Positions 54,374 through 64,000 of a DNA stretch of 64,000 nt are shown piece by piece. Every line of letters starts with the position of its first letter. The stretch's first letter is position 1. This stretch comes from Eledone cirrhosa (lineage: Eukaryota). The DNA lies in NCBI GenBank assembly GCA_964016885.1, contig OZ024743.1, positions 83,266,001-83,330,000 on the forward strand, written 5' to 3'. Below the pieces are notes generated by a model that worked only from the letters and a program-made list of their open reading frames with translations, was not told where the DNA came from and ran no database searches. Position numbers and translations under genes: made by a program.

Positions 54374-55557
54374 ATATTACATAATAGATGTATACCACTG
54401 GAATGATGGTCAGCTTTAAAGAAATAAGCAAAGAAAAAACAGAGAGGAAAAAGTGTGTTATGTTTTTGACCAAGAGACGGACATAGTGTCATGATGCCAC
54501 ATTGCTCACCTGTCTCTGAGTACCTCAGTCATCGGCATTGGGTAAAACATTACCTCGAACGACAGAGATCACTGGCTAGAAGTGAGTTGACTGGAAGAAA
54601 TGATAGGAAGGAAGAAATAGAATGGATGAGAGGAGCTATATAGAGAGGGCTGAGAGCTATATAGAGAGGGGTGAGAGCGTTATCAGAGCAATATAGAGAG
54701 GGGTGAGAAAGTAAGTAGAGATATATAGAGAGAGTAATGAGAGCTATATAGAGAGGGGGAGAGACTAATGAGAGCTATATAGAGAGGGGTGAGAGAGTAA
54801 AGTAGAGATATATAGAGAGGGGTAACCTGATCGCGCTGCATGATTCCTTGGTTGTTCACGGTTTATAATGTTACCATTAGAGGAAGTGGTATTTATGTAT
54901 CACGTCTCCTCCTGGGCACTGGACCCCCCCCCCCCGGAGTCGTGGACATTTCTCAATCTACTTCAGTTGAAGGCTTCTATATTTTGTGCTAGGTTTCTAG
55001 TAGTGGAGTAGGACAATTTAATGGTGTGCCTGTTGACAATGGCGTGGTAGCTGTGCTAGGGAAGTGTTTATCTATTATAAATCTATAGTTGTTGGTGTTA
55101 CCGCTGTCTGGCTCTCGGGTTAGATACTAATATCAGTGATAATACCACTACTACGGTCACCGGGGTAGGTGATGGCTGTTGTTACTGTTGTCGTTACTAT
55201 TGTTGTTGCTGTGGTCATGATGATAGATGTCATCAAGTCTGTGTAACAAACTACCTCACAGTCCCCTTTATTGCTGTGGTTGTCGAAAGGGGGTGGTTCT
55301 GTCACTACCACTACTACGGCCAATGTAGGCCACGTTAGTCTGTCAAACACACACACACACATATATATATATACACATATATATATACATATATATGTGT
55401 GTGTGTATATATATATATATATTTATATATAATTATATATATATATACATACATATATATATGTGTGTGTGTATCTATAAATATATATATATATATGTAC
55501 ATATATATATGAAATGTTATTAAATAAATAGAAACTATATTTATGAAACCATATTTA

Positions 55558-55612
55558 TTCTATTATATATATTTCAAGCGTACCAAAACTTTGGTACACT
55601 TTCATCACAGAA
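55558..55612 (-). ncRNA. Relic hammerhead (2-nt core deletion)
   Basis: TTCTGT-[CT missing]GATGA-AAGTGTACCAAA..TTTGGTACGCTT-GAAATATATAT-A-ATAGAA. Confidence 0.5.
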
Positions 55613-55781
55613 AACACGAAGTGTGTTTTATAAATTTTGACATAACCAAGGAAAATACCTTAAAGGTTCAAGTTTTCCAAGTTACATACGAAACTATATA
55701 TATATATAGTTACGTATGTATAATTGTGTGTCTGTCTTCATATATATGAATATGTATATCTATAAATATATATATATATAA

Positions 55782-55855
<74 letters not shown>

Positions 55856-55858
55856 GAA

Positions 55859-55898
<40 letters not shown>

Positions 55899-56066
55899 TA
55901 TATAGATATATATATATATATAGATATATATATATATATATATATATACGGGGTAACAATTAATAGTTAATAGCGATCTCTAGACCTACCAGTTCAGAGA
56001 AACAATTGTCAGCTATGAGATTAAAAACCTTTTTTGTATAGCAAACCATGTCAACCTTCTTTCCTG

Positions 56067-56115
<49 letters not shown>

Positions 56116-56316
56116 GTATTAAGGATACTATTTATGGTTATGTAGATAATAAAACCTTTTATGGTTATATATATTTAAACTCTAAATAGTGAAAGACAGT
56201 AATTCATTACTATCTTATTACCAGTAAGATAAATAGCTCAATGTAATAACATCAGTTGTTTTACAGAGCAGTTATATAGAAATTACATGAATCAAAGTTC
56301 AGTTTAAATCATTTAT

Positions 56317-56365
56317 TTTCTTACAATTGTTTCCTCCAAACTGAGGTTTGGATTCTTCGGAGCAA
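56317..56365 (-). ncRNA. Hammerhead-like motif at the left palindrome end
   Basis: Mirror of 62657-62705, with one stem I mismatch. Confidence 0.55.
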
Positions 56366-57599
56366 CTATTTAGTGATTTTTAACATACTTGACCTCTTTA
56401 TCAACACAAGAGACATACAAAAACATATGTATATATTGACCCACAGTGGGTTGACATCCATCATAATGATATAGCATGGCAATTTACATACAAAGGTTAC
56501 ATTCATATTAAAGGACAAAATTAAAGTTAAAATTAAAATAAAAATTAAAATAAAAATAAAAATAAAACATTGGCAGTTTATGAAGATAAAGCAAGAGGAA
56601 AGTTTAGAGTAGTCAGTGTATGAAACAGTCTCACGTGTGGCATGCACGCGTGTCTTATTTATACAGGATTATAGTGCGGCAGATTGTTACATGTAAAAAC
56701 AAGCAGTAAAAGCAGGCAATCAATAGCATCATGGGTGCTGTATTGTTAAAGTATTTTTCACACACACCTGTACGATATATAAGCCCGTTTGTAGAGAAAC
56801 ACCAAAAATATCAAAAATATTACAAATGAGAAGCAAAACAGCACCACTGTCCTCGCACCCACCACCACTCACATAATCCAGGAAACGCAATTTATAGATT
56901 ACATGTCCATCACTCAATCCACGATGATTCAAGATTGGGTGTCTGTTGAATCATGATATAAATCATATCTTGTCGTTTCTTAATTTGATTCATAGATCAG
57001 GATGTTTTTGTTGTGAGAGATGACATTGTATTATATTCCGGAAGTGTGTGTGTGACTAAGGAGAGTTAATGCGTAAGGGGAGTTAATGCGTAAGGGGAGG
57101 TAACTAGCTGATTATCATAGTTAAATTTATTATCCTAAAGTACATTAATGGTGTTTCAAATGAGTCCCTATCATATAACGTTATAAACAATTTCTAAATT
57201 TAAGTATCTTATCTATAAATTACAGTGTAGTCTATTAAGAAGTACTAAAGGTGTTCATATCCGTATGATTACCTTCTATCATGGAGTGCCACAACCGAAC
57301 ATTCTACAAGAAGAGTCAGACCTCCAAATCAATGATCTTTGTAAGTGTAGTCCACCCGCAGAACCTGGCAGGGTCTTATTACTATATATGACTCCCGGTA
57401 AGCTCTGAGTCATTGTATGTCTGAATGCATGGCAAAGTTAAATATCACCAGGGTGGTCCAGAGATCAATTCTCTCATATAAAGACACTAATCTGGCCATC
57501 AAGCCATACATATACTCATAACTCATATATCACCTGTATATAATTCATTGTACTCAGCATATAGAATATATAGCCCTTTTAATAAATTCAATACTTAAT

Positions 57600-60500
57600 C
57601 TTCTATCTATCCTATGGTGGCACTCCATGCACAGGACAATGTTAGCACAACCAATTCAGTGCCTACAGTTTACATTAATTATATATTAGTGCAATGTAGT
57701 CCAAGTAATTCAATATAGCAAAAGTAGAAGTACATGGGGATATCTCTAGGGTAAAGGTACTATTAGGGTTAAAGTGGACTAATGGGTGTGGAGCTGAGGT
57801 GTAAGGTGTGCCCCTGATGCTAGTTGCTAGAGGTGGTGTCGGGTTCAAGTCTGACATTGTTATATTTTGGGTTTAAAGTTTTGGAAAGAGTGTCGGAAGC
57901 GGTGTTGGCAAGACGCGAACACTTCTGATTTTTTATTAAGGAGGTTATGGTTAGAGAAGATGATAGTATGGGTCTCTAGTAGACAGAGGTTACAAAATGT
58001 ATTAGGTGGTTTGTACGATGTCGCATTACCTATCACTTCCCATTTAAGTGTATATGGTTTATTTTTAGTTTTTAGATATGTATGTAGCTAGATAGTGAAG
58101 TGGAGTTGGCTAGACTGTGTTTTTTGAAAGAGTGGAGGGGCGAATTGTATCTAGTTTTGAAGCAGTTAGAAGTAGAGCCTATATAGGTTTCAGAAGAGTT
58201 GGTAGTTGTGACTGTGCATGAGTATATGATATCCTTGATTCAGCATTTTTTATCTAAAGGGCAGGTTCTATTTTATCTACAGTTACAATTATTCTGGGTG
58301 TTAGTCTGCCGGTTATTATGTTGTGTAGAAGTCTGGATGGTAGCTATAGGGTTATGGTTATGTGGGTTGTCGTTCCCAGCGTTATTGTTTACACTAGTGC
58401 TATTACTATTATTTCTATTGATATTAGGGTTAGTTGCTATAATGTTATTTTGAAGGTTTATCGTCTGCTGTGATTTAGTTTGTTGGAAGTAAGAATTAAT
58501 TTTTCTTTTATTGCTACTAGCTATGTGGTATGCTATGTTAGGCGTAGTAGAGTAGGAGATTTTAATAGTGTTTTTGTTCTAAAGGCTATGGTACTTGTGG
58601 CCGGATAGGAAGTTTTTATCTAGTAGTGAGAAGAAAGCCCTAGGTAGGTTGGTAGAGACGTTTAGATTGAAAGGAGGGTTGAAAAAAGTATTACTTCTTT
58701 TTCTATTTTTGTTTTTTATGTCTGGTGAGTTGTTTCCTCTTATGGTACTATGGTAATTTCTGTGGTGTGGGTTACTTTTGTTGGTATCATCTCTATTAGT
58801 GTGTGTGTGGTTGCTATTCCTATTACTAACTTTTCTCATGCACATGTTGTGCGAAATAATGTTGTAGTTATGTGTTTTTGTAGGTAGGAACTGATTTAGT
58901 CGGCCTATATTTACTTAACGAAATCCATAAGGACCTTCCATACCTCAACGGTGGTTTGTAGCGCGATGATGCACTTCTACCTATAGATTATAAAAAATTC
59001 AATATAGAAAGAACTAGAAAACTATTGCACAAGACATTCAAAAACTATAACCTTAGTATTACCATGGACAAAAACACTAAAAACGTCAACTTCCTGGACG
59101 CCACCCTCTACCTAGACTCTATGATATATGCACCTTTCCACAAACCTAATAAAAAAAACTCATTTACGTAGATACCATGTCTAACCACCCTAGATCTATA
59201 TTAAACTCTATCTCTAAGGGAGTATCTAATAGAATCTCTAATCTATCCTATGACGTAAACATATTTAACAAAAACTCCCAATATTATAATCAAGCATTAG
59301 CTAGATCAGGCCATAACATAGAGATCGAGTTCCTACCTACAAAAACACATAGCTACAACATTATTTCGCACATGTCCATGAGAAAAGTTAGTAATAGGAA
59401 TAGCAACCACACAACACTAATAGAGATGATACCAACAAAAGTAACCCACACCACAGAAATTACCATAGTACCATAAGAGGAAACAACTCACCAGAGTTGC
59501 TTCTTGTTCTATTTTTGTTTTTTATGTCTGGTGAGTTGTTTCCTCTTATGGTACTATGGTAATTTCTGTGGTGTGGGTTACTTTTGTTGGTATCATCTCT
59601 ATTAGTGTTGTGTGGTTGCTATTCCTATTACTAACTTTTCTCATGGACATGTGCGAAATAATGTTGTAGCTATGTGTTTTTGTAGGTAGGAACTCGATCT
59701 CTATGTTATGGCCTGATCTAGCTAATGCTTGATTATAATATTGGGAGTTTTTGTTAAATATGTTTACGTCATAGGATAGATTAGAGATTCTATTAGATAC
59801 TCCCTTAGAGATAGAGTTTAATATAGATCTAGGGTGGTTAGACATGGTATCTACGTAAATGAGTTTTTTTTATTAGGTTTGTGGAAAGGTGCATATATCA
59901 TAGAGTCTAGGTAGAGGGTGGCGTCCAGGAAGTTGACGTTTTTAGTGTTTTTGTCCATGGTAATACTAAGGTTATAGTTTTTGAATGTCTTGTGCAATAG
60001 TTTTCTAGTTCTTTCTATATTGAATTTTTTATAATCTATAGGTAGAAGTGCATCATCGCGGTACAAACCACCGTTGAGGTATGGAAGGTCCTTATGGATT
60101 TCGTTAAGTAAATATAGGCCGACTAAATCAGTTCCTACCTACAAAAACACATAACTACAACATTATTTCGCACAACATGTGCATGAGAAAAGTTAGTAAT
60201 AGGAATAGCAACCACACACACACTAATAGAGATGATACCAACAAAAGTAACCCACACCACAGAAATTACCATAGTACCATAAGAGGAAACAACTCACCAG
60301 ACATAAAAAACAAAAATAGAAAAAGAAGTAATACTTTTTTCAACCCTCCTTTCAATCTAAACGTCTCTACCAACCTACCTAGGGCTTTCTTCTCACTACT
60401 AGATAAAAACTTCCTATCCGGCCACAAGTACCATAGCCTTTAGAACAAAAACACTATTAAAATCTCCTACTCTACTACGCCTAACATAGCATACCACATA

Positions 60501-61420
60501 GCTAGTAGCAATAAAAGAAAAATTAATTCTTACTTCCAACAAACTAAATCACAGCAGACGATAAACCTTCAAAATAACATTATAGCAACTAACCCTAATA
60601 TCAATAGAAATAATAGTAATAGCACTAGTGTAAACAATAACGCTGGGAACGACAACCCACATAACCATAACCCTATAGCTACCATCCAGACTTCTACACA
60701 ACATAATAACCGGCAGACTAACACCCAGAATAATTGTAACTGTAGATAAAATAGAACCTGCCCTTTAGATAAAAAATGCTGAATCAAGGATATCATATAC
60801 TCATGCACAGTCACAACTACCAACTCTTCTGAAACCTATATAGGCTCTACTTCTAACTGCTTCAAAACTAGATACAATTCGCCCCTCCACTCTTTCAAAA
60901 AACACAGTCTAGCCAACTCCACTTCACTATCTAGCTACATACATATCTAAAAACTAAAAATAAACCATATACACTTAAATGGGAAGTGATAGGTAATGCG
61001 ACATCGTACAAACCACCTAATACATTTTGTAACCTCTGTCTACTAGAGACCCATACTATCATCTTCTCTAACCATAACCTCCTTAATAAAAAATCAGAAG
61101 TGTTCGCGTCTTGCCAACACCGCTTCCGACACTCTTTCCAAAACTTTAAACCCAAAATATAACAATGTCAGACTTGAACCCGACACCACCTCTAGCAACT
61201 AGCATCAGGGGCACACCTTACACCTCAGCTCCACACCCATTAGTCCACTTTAACCCTAATAGTACCTTTACCCTAGAGATATCCCCATGTACTTCTACTT
61301 TTGCTATATTGAATTACTTGGACTACATTGCACTAATATATAATTAATGTAAACTGTAGGCACTGAATTGGTTGTGCTAACATTGTCCTGTGCATGGAGT
61401 GCCACCATAGGATAGATAGA
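57600..61420. mobile_element. Naiad-type PLE coding region, duplicated and inverted (RT 58891-59495 + and 59527-60131 -; linker and GIY-YIG 60131-61160 + and 57862-58891 -)
   Basis: GGLYRDDALL, NFLDATL, SNHPRSI, FFNPPF, CNCR*NRTCPLDKKC (CxCx5Cx5C), IIYSC..TYIGST..FKTRY, CNLCLLE, LLNKKSE. Confidence 0.85.
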
Positions 61421-62656
61421 AGATTAAGTATTGAAGTTATTAAAAGGGCTATATATTCTATATGCTGAGTACAATGAATTATATACAGGTGATATATGAG
61501 TTATGAGTATATGTATGGCTTGATGGCCAGATTAGTGTCTTTATATGAGAGAATTGATCTCTGGACCACCCTGGTGATTTTTAACTTTGCCATGCATTCA
61601 GACATACAATGACTCAGAGCTTACCGGGAGTCATATATAGTAATAAGACCCTGCCAGGTTCTGCGGGTGGACTACACTTACAAAGATCATTGATTTGGAG
61701 GTCTGACTTTTCTTGTAGAATGTTCGGTTGTGGCACTCCATGATAGAAGGTAATCATACGGATATGAACACCGTTAGTACTTCTTAATAGACTACACTGT
61801 AATTTATAGATAAGATACTTAAATTTAGAAATTGTTTATAACGTTATATGATAGGGACTCATTTGAAACACCATTAATGTACTTTAGGATAATAAATTTA
61901 ACTATGATAATCAGCTAGTTACCTCCCCTTACGCATTAACTCCCCTTACGCATTAACTCTCCTTAGTCACACACACACTTCCGGAATATAATACAATGTC
62001 ATCTCTCACAACAAAAACATCCTGATCTATGAATCAAATTAAGAAACGACAAGATATGATTTATATCATGATTCAACAGACACCCAATCTTGAATCATCG
62101 TAGATTGAGTGATGGACATGTAATCTATAAATTGCGTTTCCTGGATTATGTGAGTGGTGGTGGGTGCGAGGACAGTGGTGCTGTTTTGCTTCTCATTTGT
62201 AATATTTTTGATATTTTTGGTGTTTCTCTACAAACGGGCTTATATATCGTACAGGTGTGTGTGAAAAATACTTTAACAATACAGCACCTATGATGCTATT
62301 GATTGCCTGCTTTTACTGCTTGTTTTTACATGTAACAATCTGCCGCACTATAATCCTGTATAAATAAGACACGCGTGCATGCCACACGTGAGACTGTTTC
62401 ATACACTGACTACTCTAAACTTTCCTCTTGCTTTATCTTCATAAACTGCCAATGTTTTATTTTTATTTTTATTTTTATTTTTATTTTAATTTTAACTTTA
62501 ATTTTGTCCTTTAATATGAATGTAACCTTTGTATGTAAATTGCCATGCTATATCATTATGATGGATGTCAACCCACTGTGGGTCAATATATACATATGTT
62601 TTTGTATGTCTCTTGTGTTGATAAAGAGGTCAAGTATGTTAAAAATCACTAAATAG

Positions 62657-62705
62657 TTGCTCCGAAGAATCCAAACCTCGGTTTGGAGGAAACAATTGTA
62701 AGCAA
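62657..62705 (+). ncRNA. Minimal hammerhead-like motif at the right palindrome end (core CCGAAGA)
   Basis: TTGCT-CCGAAGA-A-TCCAAAC(CTCG)GTTTGGA-G-GAA-ACAATTGT-A-AGCAA; palindromic stem III, GUA triplet. Confidence 0.65.
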
Positions 62706-62743
62706 ATAAATGATTTAAACTGAACTTTGATTCATGTAATTTC

Positions 62744-62853
<110 letters not shown>

Positions 62854-63024
62854 CATATATATATACATACATACATATATATATAAATACATATATATAC
62901 ATATTTATATTTATAGATATACAGATTTTCTATTATTGCATGTATTTGTATAACTATATATATATATATATCTATATATATATATAGTTATGGATGTATA
63001 TACAGACACACAATTATACATCCG

Positions 63025-63074
<50 letters not shown>

Positions 63075-63149
63075 TATATATATATATATATAGATATATA
63101 CATACATTCAAAATATTAACAAAAATAGAACTTCATTGTGATCAAGTAA

Positions 63150-63214
63150 ATTTTATTATACATATTTCAGAGGTACTGAGCTAACTTCAACAGTACGTCC
63201 TCATCAGATAAAAT
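63150..63214 (-). ncRNA. Minimal type I hammerhead ribozyme, intact core
   Basis: ATTTTAT-CTGATGA-GGACGTACTG..CAGTACCTCT-GAA-ATATGTAT-A-ATAAAAT; 7-bp stem I. Confidence 0.8.
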
Positions 63215-64000
63215 ACGATGATGCATGACATACCCTGACATAGTAGATGGTTAAGATCCAGTCATGGTAGTGAGTAAGATATGACAAAACTCAATATTTA
63301 TATACCTTAAGATTGATACATAAAAAAACTTACATATAATACATATAATACAGAGGGTGCGTGTAAGAAAGCTTAAAAATACATAACACTAATTTACATA
63401 ACTGTTAGAGATTCAAATAATTATTGAAGAAAGAGGAAAGAAAAAAGACAGAGAGAAAACATATGAGAGGAAAATATAGCTAGAAGAGGTATAGAGAGCA
63501 AAGGAAAATTGATCAAGGAAAGGGAGAAAAAGAGGAATAATTATAATTATAGGGAGCGATGTATAGTTATGTATGATATATATCCATACACAACTATACA
63601 TTTGGGCATATGTATGCGATAGAGTAAACTCGAATCATTGAATTATTGAATTATCTGGAAATATTCATCAATCTAAATCCTAAATATAACTGGGTGTAAT
63701 CAATAAAGGTTAATTTCCTCAGTTAATTAGTTATATATACTATCCAAATGTGTCCGGTTGACCGTTAACTTTCAAATCATTTAAGTTAGTTCAGAGTAAT
63801 GAATTAATTAAAGTGTATAATATTTCAGGCTATAAAAGTTTATAAATATCTGTATTAATATTAAAGTATACTATCATATTTAATTTATAAAATCCTATTT
63901 TATGAATTCATATTTAAACTATTTGTAAAACATGCTATTTTTCATCCTCTCGAAGGTAGTTTTTATTTTCAATTATTTAAAATCAATTAGCGAGTCTTCT

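Noticed and set aside
60731-60785. In-frame TGA next to the Naiad zinc-finger Cys as a possible selenocysteine codon
   Set aside because: All four Cys are normal TGT/TGC codons. The TGA follows the last Cys, and TAA/TAG stops occur nearby, so decay is the simpler explanation.

Overview
AT-rich, microsatellite-dense animal genomic DNA. The tRNA-derived SINEs, RTE/CR1/Penelope content and tandem C2H2 zinc-finger gene suggest an octopus or other cephalopod (inference). The only near-intact host gene is a 16-finger C2H2 ZNF (34647-36113), followed by decayed fingers. The rest is mostly transposon debris: a CR1-type LINE, RTE LINEs, a Gypsy pol split by an RTE, Helitrons, Penelope-like elements (PLEs), SINEs, MITEs and satellites. 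Two large structures dominate: a ~10.3 kb direct segmental duplication (1-10300 = 42428-52688) and a ~6.5 kb near-perfect palindrome (56273-62749) built from a Naiad-type PLE. The most interesting signal is non-coding. About 18 type-I hammerhead ribozyme (HHR) motifs, intact to relic and from many sequence families, are readable by eye, mostly in short insertions inside (TA)n tracts. The clearest case (813-1930) is a young insertion made of a circularly permuted 466-nt monomer with one intact HHR per monomer, arranged as inverted partial multimers. This is what a retrozyme or viroid-like circular RNA copied back into the genome would look like. A second unrelated ~507-nt monomer with the same architecture lies at 41554-42222. 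All coordinates and folds were derived by eye; no searches were run.
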